From assembly GCA_964016885.1 (NCBI GenBank), contig OZ024744.1, positions 37,510,001 to 37,574,000 of the forward strand: a stretch of 64,000 nucleotides of DNA, in the 5' to 3' direction. Each line of letters opens with the position of its first letter. The stretch's first letter is position 1. Shown piece by piece: positions 40,980 through 54,810 of this stretch. The translations under genes and the position numbers were made by a program. The notes under the pieces were generated by a model. That model was given only the letters and a program-made list of their open reading frames with translations. It did not search any database and had not been told where the DNA came from. Source of the DNA: Eledone cirrhosa. Its lineage: Eukaryota.

Positions 40980-42152
40980 GTGTGTGTGTATATGCATAAT
41001 TACATACAGTGATTTAATGCTTACTTACATTGATCATTTGCTCCAGGAAGCTGTTGAGTGCTCTAAATGAGCTATAAACATTTATACCCTTTTCTAATTA
41101 TTTATTTATTATTTGTCGTATTCCAAACTTTTTATTTTTATTTATGTTTTTCTTATATATATATGTGTGTGTGTGTATGTATGTATGTATACGTATGTGT
41201 ATGTATATGTGTGTGTATGTATATATATATATGTATATATGTATATATATGTATATCTATATATCTATATATATATTTAAGAGTTAAACAAGGTTCATAT
41301 GAATATATCTAAGAATGAGTTTTACACACATACATATGTGTGTATATGTATCTGTATGTATGTGTTTGTGATATGTATGTATGTATGTGTATGTGTGTAT
41401 AGATATATAGATATATAGATATATAGATATATATGTATATATGTATGTATATATGTATATGTTTGTGTGTATTTATATGTGTATGTATGTTTATGTGTGA
41501 GTGTGTGTATGTATTTATTTTTACGTATGTATGTGTATGTACAATTGTGTGTATTGCTTACCACGTGTGTTTGTTCATTTATATGTTGCCTGTATCGCTG
41601 TCAACACTATAATAATTTTTATATTCATTTTTATTTCTTCTTATGTGACGGTATTTTTATTATTATATTTTTTCTTATAATTATTTGTGTGTGTGCGTAT
41701 GTAGGTGTGTGTACATATATCTATATTTGTGCATGCGTATGTATGCATGTATATATGTGTGTATGTATATGTATGTATGTGTGTATATATGTATGATTGT
41801 GTGTATGTATGTATGTGTGTGTATATATATATATATATATGTTTGTGTATATATATATGTTTGTATATATGTGTATATATATGCATGTGTGTGTGTGTGC
41901 ATGTTTATGTATGTGTATGTATGGATATGTTGTATATATATGTGTATGTATGTATGTGTATATGTATGTGTACGTATATATATACATATATATATGTGTA
42001 TGTGTATATATGTGTGTGTATGTAATTGCGTGAGTGTGTGTGCGTGTGCATGTGTGTTTATTTTTCCTTTCCCTCTTCCTTTTCCAGCCTCACTTTCATA
42101 TAGATTATATTTTTGTTTTTAAAATCCAATGTCAATAAATACACCAGGATTT

Positions 42153-42213
42153 TTTCATTCTGATGATAGAAAACAACATTTGTTTGCTTTTAAGAAACCA
42201 CTGGTAAATGAAA
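42153..42213 (+). ncRNA. Type I hammerhead ribozyme
   Basis: tttcatt CTGATGA [weak stem II] GAAA CC-act-GG TA aatgaaa; perfect 7-bp stem I. Confidence 0.72.
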
Positions 42214-42238
42214 TAATTGCCTTATGTTGTTTATTACA

Positions 42239-42383
<145 letters not shown>

Positions 42384-42604
42384 GGATTAACAAATAATAG
42401 TTAAATGCAGTCCACTTAGGTGAAGTCCAGTTATGGTATTCCAGGTAGTGGATGATATTAACGCTTGGCTTGGTTTGACTCAACAAGGCGTTTTCATAGT
42501 GATGCTGCGGGTATGCTGTAATTCCTATGTTGTAAACACTTGGAGTAATAATAAATCAGGAAAGAAGGTTTACATGGTTTGCTATACAAAAAAGATTTTA
42601 ATTA

Positions 42605-42717
42605 CATAGCGTACATTTGTTTCACTGAACTGGTATGTCTAGAGATCGCTATCCGCCTAATTTTGCGTCACTCGATCGCCAATACAGAATTATAACCAGT
42701 CAGATCTTCGGAGCATG
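42605..42717 (-). ncRNA. Hammerhead-like motif, U4C variant
   Basis: Mirror of 44566-44678. Confidence 0.55.
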
Positions 42718-43073
42718 CGAGAATGAAGAAAATACACAGGCAAGAAAAGAAAAGAAAATATGGAGTAGTTATGGCATTCAATTAGAACAATAACAACAAC
42801 AATTATTACAACAATGCTATCAATAAACTATTTAAGGAGACCCTGACATTACTTAGGTGGGGTGTATATAATGTATCTAATGTTACGGCGTGAAAATCAG
42901 CTGTCATAAGGCAAAAAGTATCGTAGTGTGTATCAATTTTAAATTATAAAGATAAGCTAGTTTTTACAGTCTTTCTCTTCATCTTCAACAGTATACATGA
43001 GTGGGACCACTGTCAAAGCTCAATAGTTGTAGAGTTAATACAGAGGTTAACGAATTAATATACGCATATATCT

Positions 43074-43154
<81 letters not shown>

Positions 43155-44565
43155 CATACCCCCCCCCACACACATATATATATAAATATATATACACATA
43201 TATGTGTACATAGACACATACATACACATCAATATACACTCGTACAAAAATATACATACATGCAAAGAGAAAAGCGTGCTAATTGTAATTATGGCAAAAA
43301 GAAGGTAAAGTAACATTGTAGTAGTGAAATGAGAAAAACTAGGATCTAGGATCAAATGATTGCAGCAGCTGAGAAGGAGTAAGATTGTTGGTAGATGAGG
43401 TATTTACAGACTATTGTGTGGTATAGACTTGTGAAGGAAATAGTATACTTAATGAATATATTTCTGTGGGTAGTAGGTATCCTAATTTAAAGCTATGTTA
43501 TGTTGGTTCGATTCACGGAGGTTTGAATCTTATGAATTTAGTGGCTATTCTATGTCTGCAGAAGATAGATCTTTCTAACTTATTATTAAGTAGCCTTTTA
43601 ACATTTCTAAGGATATACAATAGCTCAAGATCACACAGCCCGCAATAGGACATCCCTGTACTATAGGTTTTAGCAGCCGACAACTTCGACCAGTTGATAG
43701 TGTAGCTAGCGTTGCTGTCCTTCAATTCCCATATTTTTCTGGCGAGGGTGGTGGAACCCATAAGTGCTCGGTTTGTCATTGAGTGCTTGTGCACATACCA
43801 TCTTTTCTTAAAAGAACCCGCGGTGGATCCTATGTAATTCCAGGTGGAGTTACCCGAGATGACAGTGCACATGTACACCAGGCTCGAATCGAGACATCTG
43901 TTCGCCAATGGGCATCTATCTGGGAGGTGACAGTTGCAGTTTGAGGCGCTATTTCTTGCAGCTTTTACATTCCTATTTAGTACCCTGTTATAAGTGGGTT
44001 GTGATATATGCCCAATGGGGTTTTGCTGCTGCGCGTTTGTATGCGCTTGTGGTTGTGATGTTGTGATGAGTTTATGCTTATGTATAGGTGCAATTGATTG
44101 ACTTGAGATATTTCTGCGGTTGATCTTGCGTATGTGTGATTCTATGTTAGCTGCTGTTGAGAAAGAGAGTTTTATAGTAGATCTATTGAGTATTTTGTGA
44201 TATCTATGCGAGATAGGGAAGTGTTTATCTATTAGTTTAAAGAATGTAGAGGGCAGTCTAGTTTTTATAGAGGAGTTGAATATTGGGTTGAACCATAGGT
44301 ATTTTCTTTGTCTGTTTCTTCTATTGTTTCTAGGGTTTACGTTATTAGTGTTTTGGCCGTTTACACTAGGTGTTACATGTCTAACCCTATGTCTAGTCAA
44401 GCTATTCCTATTATTATGTGAGCGGTTGGAGTAGAAATTACTAGGATTGTTTATGTTGTCCTTATTCACTATATACTGTAGTTTATCTTTATGACCGGCC
44501 CTACTTAATGCTGCATTATAATAGTCAGCATGCTTGTTAAAGATTTCTAGGTTTCTTCATTCTCG

Positions 44566-44678
44566 CATGCTCCGAAGATCTGACTGGTTATAATTCTGTA
44601 TTGGCGATTGAGTGACGCAAAATTAGGTGGATAGCGATCTCTAGACAGACCAGTTCAGTGAAACAAATGTAAGCTATG
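44566..44678 (+). ncRNA. Hammerhead-like motif, U4C variant, long stem II
   Basis: catgct CCGAAGA t-CTGACTGGT...ACCAGTTCAG-t GAAA CA-aa-TG TA agctatg. Confidence 0.6.
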
Positions 44679-44726
44679 TGATTAAAAACTTTTTTGTATA
44701 GCAAACCATGTAAACCTTCTTTCCTG

Positions 44727-44766
<40 letters not shown>

Positions 44767-44821
44767 GTGAGGTTTTTTTTACAAAATGAAAAATAACCGA
44801 GGTGTCCTATACGAGTGAAAG

Positions 44822-45116
44822 TATAAAGAAAAAGAGATGAAATCGAAAATGCAACTGGAGTCTTATTTTTTTTTTTTTTAAATATATATATTTATTTGGT
44901 TCCTTTACCGGTTTCGCAGTTCTGCTTTTCAAAAGGTGAGTTGAGATGGAGGGTCTGTGGTTTTTCTCACATATGTGAGAAAAACCACAGACCCTCCATC
45001 TCAACTCACCTTTTGAAAAGCAGAACTGCGAAACCGGTAAAGGAACCAAATAAATATATATATTTAAAAAAAAAAAAAATAAGACTCCAGTTGCATTTTC
45101 GATTTCATCTCTTTTT

Positions 45117-45123
<7 letters not shown>
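44822..45123. repeat. Spacer-less ~302-bp palindrome of the Neptune-type pLTR end
   Basis: Centre CACAT|ATGTG at 44972/44973; ORF track gives the same peptide on both strands; arm homologous to 20788-20935; tail 44762-44821 on the left only. Confidence 0.93.
45009..45043 (+). ncRNA. Minimal 35-nt hammerhead, U3-A8 variant (mirror at 44902-44936, minus)
   Basis: cctt TTGAAAA GCAG-aa-CTGC GAAA CCGG TA aagg. Confidence 0.75.
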
Positions 45124-45150
<27 letters not shown>

Positions 45151-45364
45151 AGGACTAACAACACACCAAGAAGCTGGACATATCGATGTATTGACAGAGC
45201 GGAACACACTTCAACAATGTGTGCCTGCCTTTTCCACACCAATTCGGACTGCCTAAAGAGGTCACAGCCAATAATAGCTGTCACCGAAATATATATACCA
45301 GAGAATTTATAATTTATAATAAACAAAGCCAAATATATATATATATTTATATATATATATAGAG

Positions 45365-45815
45365 AGAGAAAAGATGAAGATGGAAATAGCACGGGAGATA
45401 TATTTAAGGGTCTGTTTTTCTGTTTTGATTCGTCAAAGTGACATTATTGAAAAGATAGTCTTATTAAAAAGATAATGTTATTAAAAAAAGAGAGGGTCAA
45501 TTCTATTTTGTACATTTTTTTATGAAGTATATAAAGTATATGAGAAAATTAACGGTTTCAATCTATTAAGATCCATCTTGTCCAATTCAGTGAAAATGTG
45601 AATTAAAAAGAGTTTGTAGGAGTAAAGAAAAGTTTAAAATTAAAATCAAAATCGAATGTTTGAGTAAAATTTCTTCCATCATGCTTCCCAGCCAACTTCT
45701 CAGGAAGCATGATGGAAGAAATTTTACTCAAACATTCGATTATATATTTATATCGTGCTATTTCCAACTTCATCTTTTCTCTACATTGTATAGAACCTCA
45801 CTTCCCTTTTCTAAT
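45365..45815. mobile_element. Fold-back PLE pLTR remnant with internally deleted right arm
   Basis: Hairpin arms 45651-45688/45703-45740; 45752-45783 inverts 45365-45395; degenerate U3-A8-type HHR at 45545-45588 (minus). Confidence 0.72.
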
Positions 45816-45834
45816 ATATATATATATATATATA

Positions 45835-46526
<692 letters not shown>

Positions 46527-47169
46527 GCAGCACCAATGGTAGAAATTATACCAGGTCAAACAGTCAAAGAAATTGCACGGTATAGTGAAAATAAAGGTAA
46601 GGTAAATTGTTTTATAGAAAAGCAGAAGCTGAGAAATTTAAAAGTTCCGTGTGCATTTCCTCCAAGGACGATATTATCGAATTAACTATAGGAAAGCAAT
46701 TCCGCATATGGTTAGAAAAATCTATAAATATTAATTTCTCTGCGGAGCTGGTATTGATTTAAACGAGATATAATGACGAGTTCACACTGAGACTTGAAAC
46801 TGTCTTGTAGACGATCGTAGACATGACAGAGTGATTAACACTACGTTTAATAGTCACGAAATTCCATATTTAAGCGACCGCCTGCTATTATGTTGCCAGA
46901 CTTCTATCGCTATGGTCCCCTCGTTCATACTAAATCTTGTAAGTAGAAAATTTCGAGGCAAAAACTGAGCGAAAGGCAGTCCAACATTCATACATACAGA
47001 TACACTCACACAAACAAACACGCAAGCACACACACACACGCTCCTACACACGCTCCTACACACACACACACACACTCACACACACACACATATATATATA
47101 TGTATATATGTATGTATGTATATATATATATTATATTATATATATATGTATATATATATATATATATTT

Positions 47170-47331
47170 ATTAAAATAACAGATTAAAGTTTAAGCAAAG
47201 AATCGCTGCTTTCACCCTTAACGGGATCTTCTGAAACTTTTTTATTTGCTCTACGGTTCTTATATATTTGATATATATTTATCCTTATCGAGCCCTCTTT
47301 GGATTTTAGTCTTCAAATTTATTATTATTAC

Positions 47332-47332
<1 letters not shown>
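47170..47332. mobile_element. Mini PLE remnant with inversion (family of 841-3310)
   Basis: 47170-47240 matches 930-999; 47243-47332 is the reverse complement of 841-928; contains U4A HHR 47186-47240 (minus). Confidence 0.75.
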
Positions 47333-47366
<34 letters not shown>

Positions 47367-47480
47367 GTGTGTGTGTTTACATACATATATGTATATTTAT
47401 ATATGCGTAGCGTATGTACGTATATGTATGTGTTTATATATATATATATTTAACTCTTTCTCTGTCTCTCTCTCTCTATA

Positions 47481-47552
<72 letters not shown>

Positions 47553-47842
47553 TACGTATGTTTATATATGTGAGTGTGTATATGGGTGACGTGGGTGTGT
47601 GTGTCTGTGTGAGTGTGCGTGTGTGTTTGAGGATGAACATCATTCGCCGACTTGTGATGGTGTAAGAAAGATAATGACAATATACAAACGTTGTATGTAA
47701 TCTGTGAGGACTCATTCATGAAATAGACAAAAGCTCAACATAGTGTGGCTATACGCTGAAGTCTTCATTGGAATTGTTCCTTTCTGTCCGTCAGTCAGCA
47801 GCACTCTCTCTCTCTCCCCCACACACGCTCTCTCTTTGTAAA

Positions 47843-47900
<58 letters not shown>

Positions 47901-47994
47901 TTTCATCTCACATTACGTAGGGACAAATATATTTCATTGTGTAAGCATAGACATATATGAGTGTGTACTTGTGTATGTGTGTGTGTATATATAT

Positions 47995-48270
<276 letters not shown>

Positions 48271-48304
48271 ATACACACATGTATATAATTATTTACAACA
48301 ATTA

Positions 48305-48845
48305 TAATAATTGCTTCTACTTTAGGTACAGTGTCAACAATTTAAAAGAAAGGGGAAAGTCGATTAAATCTACCCTAGTGCATTACTGGTACTTTATTTT
48401 ACCGACCCCGTGGCGATGATAGACAAAGCTAACCTCGGCGGGATTTGAACGTAGAACGTAAAGGGCCGTAACTCCATGTTATGAAGCATCGTGTCCAGTG
48501 CTCTACCGATTCTGCCAATAATAATTATAATAATGATAATAATTATTACTATTATTTCTTTGTCTTTGCCACAAGAACCCACAAAAAGGGGACAACACTA
48601 ATAATAATTGTTTCTACTTTAGGCACAAGGCCAGCAATTATACCAGTGTATTACTGGTACTTTATTTTATCGACCCCGTAAGGAAGAAAGGCAAAGTTAA
48701 CCTCGACGAGATTTGAATTCAGAATGGCAAGAGCCGTAACTCTTTGCTTCAAAGCATGGCGACCGACCCTCTACCGATACTGGCCAGAATAATAATTGTT
48801 TCTACTTTAGGCACAAGGCCACCAATTAACCAGTGCATTACTGAG
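48305..48845 (-). mobile_element. Cluster of tRNA-SINE copies (about 48305-48518, 48603-48787, 48792-48843 partial)
   Basis: Reverse complement of family consensus. Confidence 0.85.
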
Positions 48846-49057
48846 TAGGAACGATATGTCAAAACAGCATTATGGTGTTTCAAAGTGTGACGAGTGTTTC
48901 GCGATCATCAGCTCTAGGTGCAAATAAAAGGGCTGATGATTTCGACCGAATGAAACAGTTCTAGTCCTGTCGAAGCCATTTCTATATTAATCATTTATAT
49001 TCTGCTGCGTGTTGAGTACCTTACTTACTGTGGTTACTCCCCATTGAACCCGGGATA

Positions 49058-49160
<103 letters not shown>

Positions 49161-49171
49161 GCACACACGCA

Positions 49172-49209
<38 letters not shown>

Positions 49210-49270
49210 TATATATATATTTATATTTGAATATAAATATATACATACATGCATACATATATACTTACAT

Positions 49271-49863
49271 GGTGGCTGCCAACTCGTTTTCGAGTACGGC
49301 CACTACTTCATATCCATGTAGAACTCCTACCGAACCCCTACGAGTGTGGCTTTTTAGTCCAGCCAGCGACTTGAAAACTCTGGTACAAACACTACACTTG
49401 TGACAATTATTGACACATAGTGCTGGGGCCATGGTACCATGTTACGACAAGTGCAGAGAGATCTCCAGATATAAAGCAATGCCTGTGCCGTGAAGCTTTT
49501 ATAGTGAGCAAAGGCACTGCACAAAGCCAGTCCCACTCTCTTAACCAAGATGATATTTACCAAAAAGAAGAACAAGTCAACATCATTGGATACCATCAGG
49601 GTTGCAGGTGTTATATCAGAGTTTTCCTTCTCCTAGAATTCTGCCTTGACAAAGGCTAAGGGGTCACCTCTCCCGGTGATTTTGGATGGCCTTAAGAGCT
49701 CCTTTGCCCTTTGACAGGTTTTGTTTTTAGTCCTGCAGGATGTCCAAAGTCACCCTCCTCACCAAGAAACCTTGGTGGGTTGCCAGTTTAGTCGCCAACG
49801 ACCCGACCATGGGACAGGTTGTACTGGGATACATGTTACCAGTAGCACCAACTGGTGACCTGA
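49271..49863 (-). mobile_element. RTE-derived non-autonomous element
   Basis: Same family; TSD tatacttacat at 49260-49270/49864-49874. Confidence 0.82.
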
Positions 49864-49884
49864 TATACTTACATACATACATAC

Positions 49885-52800
49885 ATATTTGCTACAAACA
49901 GGATCTGAACACATCAACAAAAAACTTAAGAAGGTATCGATGATAAATAACAAGGAAGGTAATCAAACTTTATTCAGTTGTAGCTACAGAAGAAACCGAA
50001 ATTATAAATCGCATTTCTCTTGGAGTTGCGAACTTAATAATGATTTATTTAATTGTTATAAAATGGCAAAAAACAGTTCCTCCATTGGCTATATGAATAG
50101 AATGAAGCTACACTGGGACGAAATGCACCCAGAGCTAAATTATTTCACAGCGAAACAATTACGCCAACAAGCAACGTTTGTTGAACGTAAAAATAAGATC
50201 AATATTATTAATTGTAAGACCCCCACAACAAACATGGAATCAACACGTGCTACAGGTCGCCATGCTACTAGACTTCCTAGCAGCCAGGTCGGACAGCGCC
50301 TTGAAACAACTATGCCTGTAAGAAACTTGACACCACCTGTACCATCTAAGCCTACCTCGAATGCTGGGGAAACACTATCGATAATAATAATAATCGAAGA
50401 AATAATAATAATAATCGAATAAATGTGACACCACGTATACAATCCGAGTCTACCTCGACTGTTGTGGAAAATACTATCGATAATGATAATCAAAAGTATA
50501 AACAATTAAAAATTTCCCTCAACGAAATCTTCCAGAGAGAAATTAACTCATGTATAAATATCTCTCTTGCTGAACGTGTTAAAATGACAATGGTGAATAA
50601 AAACCCAAATAATGAAATACTACGTGTTATTGACGAAATAGGGGATGAATATTTACGACGGATAAAAACCCCAACATTTTGGCAAATCAACGCCTGTTTA
50701 TATGTCTTAGCAATGACAGTGAAGCATTATCTTGGTGATAGCAGAGATATTAACAAGAACAAAACACCACCAAAAATACCATCATATATAACTAAAATAG
50801 AAAAAAAGAGTGCTGACCTAAGAAAAAACATAGGATATGTGACAATGCTCCTTATTTGCAAACAAACACAAAAAAACCTCACTCCTCACCAACAAAGAGT
50901 GAAAAATAAAATAGAGACGATGTTTGGTAACAATAGAACCAGAACTCTCCAATATAAGCTGATCACCCTCAAACAAGAATTGAGAGCTGTTAGCGAAAAA
51001 CGCCGATACCTGAAGAAGGTAGATGAGAGAAAAGTGCTTAATAAAAGATTCAGACGAAACCAAACAACAGTCTATAGAGATATGAAGGACAAAATAATAA
51101 GTGTCACTGAGGCCGCATCCCAGAAAGACATAGATTCCTTTTGGAGAAAAATATGGAGTGAAAAGAAGAATTTCAATCAAGATGCAGCGTGGCTAAGAGA
51201 AATCCAAAAGAACTATTGCTCCTACACTACAACAAAAACATACTAAATAAGTGAGGGTACCCTTGAGACTGTGATAGCAAAACTCCAAGATAAGAAAACA
51301 CCAAGAAGAGACATGATTGTCGGCTACTGGTAAAAAAAACTAATATTCTGTCGGAGGTATCTTACTGACCTCTACCAACAAGTTCTTAAGGGAGATACAC
51401 TTATACCAGAATGGTTGACATTAGCACAAACGTTACTGCTCCCCCAAAACAAGACACCCACTTGGCAAAAAAACTACCGACCCATTGCATGCTAGAACGT
51501 GATGTATAAGATGTTTACAGCCTGCCTGAAACTATTCCTCCAAGGTCACTGTGAAAATAATAACATCATCACAGATAAACAAGCAGCTGGAAAGAAAGGG
51601 GTTTGGGGATGTGCTGAACAACTCCTAATCAACAAAACTGCTATGTCGGAGGTGCGACAACTTAGGAGGAATATGGCTACAGTCTGGCTGGACTACAGCA
51701 AAGCTTTCGATTCTGTTCCCCACTCTTGGATGATAGAGGCTGTCTTCTTCTTGGACTACTATCCTAAGGTTAAAGACAGAGAGGGAAGACTCTATTTTCA
51801 CTCATAAAATAAAATATTGCAGGGGTATATTTCAGGGGGACAGTCTCTCTGTGATATTGTTCATCTTGTCATTAAACCCCTTGTCCTTTCTGCTCAAGAA
51901 ATGTGAGGGATACATCATTGGCTCACAGGAGGACAGAAATACGAACCTAACTCATAATTTTTTTGTGGACGATCTGAAACTCTATGCCAAGAACATGGAT
52001 GGGATGGAGAAAAATCTTGACCTGGTTACAACGTTCTCAAAGGATATAGGAATGGAGTTTGGCCAAGATAAATGCTCATACATGACTGTAAAGCGGGGAA
52101 AAACAACAACCCAATCTAACAACATTGTCATCAATGGTCTAACTGTTTCATCAATATCTGATGATGACTGCTACAGATACCTGGGAATAGATGAGAACAT
52201 ATCCTATAATGGTATATGTAATAAAGAACGCGTAACCAGGGAATACTAAACCCGATTAAGAAAGTTCTGGTCATCGGAACTCTCTGCGCAAAACAAAACA
52301 GTGGCTCACAATGTGTTTGCTGTGCCTGTCCTAACACCAGCGTTTGGAATACTCAATTGGACGATAGACGGAATCCGAGCAGCTGATGTTGGAACTCGAA
52401 AAATACTAAACAACACCGGAAACTTCCACATCAGCAGTGACATAGACCGCTTTACTTGAAACATAAGCAGGGAGGCAGAGGCCTAACATCAGTCCAGAGA
52501 ACATTTGAATGTCGCATCATATCTCTCCGACAACATCTACGAACCTCGAAGCGTAGGAGCCCGTTTCTCGAGCAAGTCTATCTGCATGAAACAGATAAGA
52601 TCATGAGAGTTGGGAAGGAACTCCTTGAGAGATATTCCCTGTGTAATGATCAAAATGCCACACCCAGGGATGTCGCTTAGCAGTATCGCAGAGAATCCAT
52701 GGATGAAAAACTGCATGCCTATCAGCAAAAAATCATGCATGGATATGTTGCCAGGAAGCTCCAGAGTGAGAGTAATATAGATAAGGAAAGTAGTCTATCT

Positions 52801-53753
52801 TGGACCAACAACCGCTATATTGGCTCCCACTTTGAAGGATACGCTTTTGCAATCCAGGAACAGAAGATTAGCACGAAATACCTGATTCACAAAAGAGAAA
52901 GAGATGCAGGCAACCTAGATGTGATAACAAGTGCAGACTCTGCAGAACTAACATCGAGGATATCACCCATGTCATCAGCAGCTGTCCAAAAATATCATCG
53001 CGGTGCTATCTACCTATGAGACATGATGTAGTGGCCAAAACACTGTACAATACAGTTCTTAAAAAAGATAGCCCCGATAATAAACACATTAAAAGCTACA
53101 ACAATGTGGAAGACATCCATGTACATAATATGAAAGAGTACTGGTGGAATGTTCCAGTAAAAACCCCAATAAAATGCTGGTATAACTGACCAGATATTAT
53201 GATATGGGACAGGGAGAAGAAAACATGCACAGTAGTGTAAATTAGCTGCCTAGCAGATGCCAATATAATATCAAAGATTAGTGAAAAAGAGAATATTTAA
53301 GCAGAACTGATGAGAAATCTGCAGATACTCCACCCTGATTACACCTTCAGATTTATGCCTGTGATTATTGGGGCACTGGGGTATGTTAGTAACTGCCTCA
53401 ATACAAATCTTGAGAAGCTGTGCTTCACAGAAACAGAAAGAACACAACTAGTTTGGAAATTACAAGTACAATCCATTAATGGAACAGTAAAAATATGTAA
53501 AACATTCCAAAAATGTTGCATCTAATAACTGTATATACAAATGTACAAATACAAGGCATATACACATGCACACATACAACTCAAAACATCCACATCCACA
53601 CATACAATACCATCCAAATCTACACATGCATGCATACATACATATCTACCTAGTTGATGTTGTGTAAATTCCAATGAGAGAGTCTTGTGTCTATGTTAGA
53701 AACCGACTCTCTTTCTATTGGTAAAACTTTGTGAAATTATAAAACCAGAAGAA
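49885..53753 (+). mobile_element. Near full-length, decayed R4/Dong-like RLE LINE, family B
   Basis: N-terminal W..ELN..L..CY..A...GYMNRM...W...HP...QLRQQ; RT NYRPIAC, WLDYSKAFDSVPH, GIFQGDSLS, FFVDDLKLY; CRLC..H..SC; RHD; RLE; many stops/frameshifts; (TACA)n both sides. Confidence 0.93.
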
Positions 53754-53900
53754 CATACTTATATACATACATACATATATACATACATACATACATACAT
53801 ATTTACATACATACGTACATACATACATACATACATACATACATACATACATACATACATACATACATACATACATACATACATACATACATACATACAT

Positions 53901-54364
53901 GGTGGCTGCCAACTTGTTTTCGAGTACGGCCACTACTTTATATCCATGTAGGAGAACCCCTACTGATGCGCTGAACAAGTGTGACATTTTAGTCCAGCCA
54001 GCGACTTGAAAACTCTGGTACAAACACTACACTTGTGACAATTACTGACACATAGTGCTGGGCCCATGGTACCAGGTGATGACAAGTGCAGAGAGATCTC
54101 CAGATATAAAGCAATGGCTGTGTCGTGAAGCTTTTATAGTGAGCAAAGGCACTGCACAAAGCCAGTCTCACTCTCTTAACCAAGATGATATTTACCAAAA
54201 AGAAGAACAAGTCAACATCATTGGATACCATCAGAGTTGCAGGTGTTATATCATAGTTTTCCTTCTCCTAGAATTCTGCCTTGACAAAGGCTAAGGGGTC
54301 ATCTCTCCCGGATATTTTGGATGGCCATTGACTCTTAAGAGCTCCTTTGCTCTTTGACAGGTTT
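53901..54364 (-). mobile_element. RTE-derived element, 5'-truncated
   Basis: Same family; (TATG)n tail. Confidence 0.8.
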
Positions 54365-54438
54365 ATACATACATACATACATACATACATACATACATAC
54401 ATACATACATACATACATACATACATACATACATACAT

Positions 54439-54751
54439 GTTGGCTGCCCCCTCGTTATCGAGTATGGCCATTGCATGATATACCCTTATTAATAAATATT
54501 AATTAATTCTATCATGCAATGCCTGTGCAGGGAGATATTATTTAAAATGAGGAAAGACTGTGCACTGAGCCAATCCCACTCTCTGAGAGACAGTAGCTAT
54601 AACCCGAAAAGAAGAAAAGATCAACATCATCGGTAACTACTGAGTCGCAGGTTTTACATCGGAGTCATCCAAGTTTCCTGAGTTGCCTTCTCCTAGAAGA
54701 AAGCCCTGACAAAGGCTAGGGGTCCTTCACTCACAGTGGTTTAACTGTGCG
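54439..54751 (-). mobile_element. Second, shorter RTE-derived subfamily
   Basis: Shares gacccctagcctttgtca..ttctaggagaaggcaactc and 3' end ggccatactcgataacgag..gcagcc. Confidence 0.7.
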
Positions 54752-54810
54752 GTACATGTGTATATACATATTTACACACTTTTGTAAATACATACATACA
54801 TACATACATA

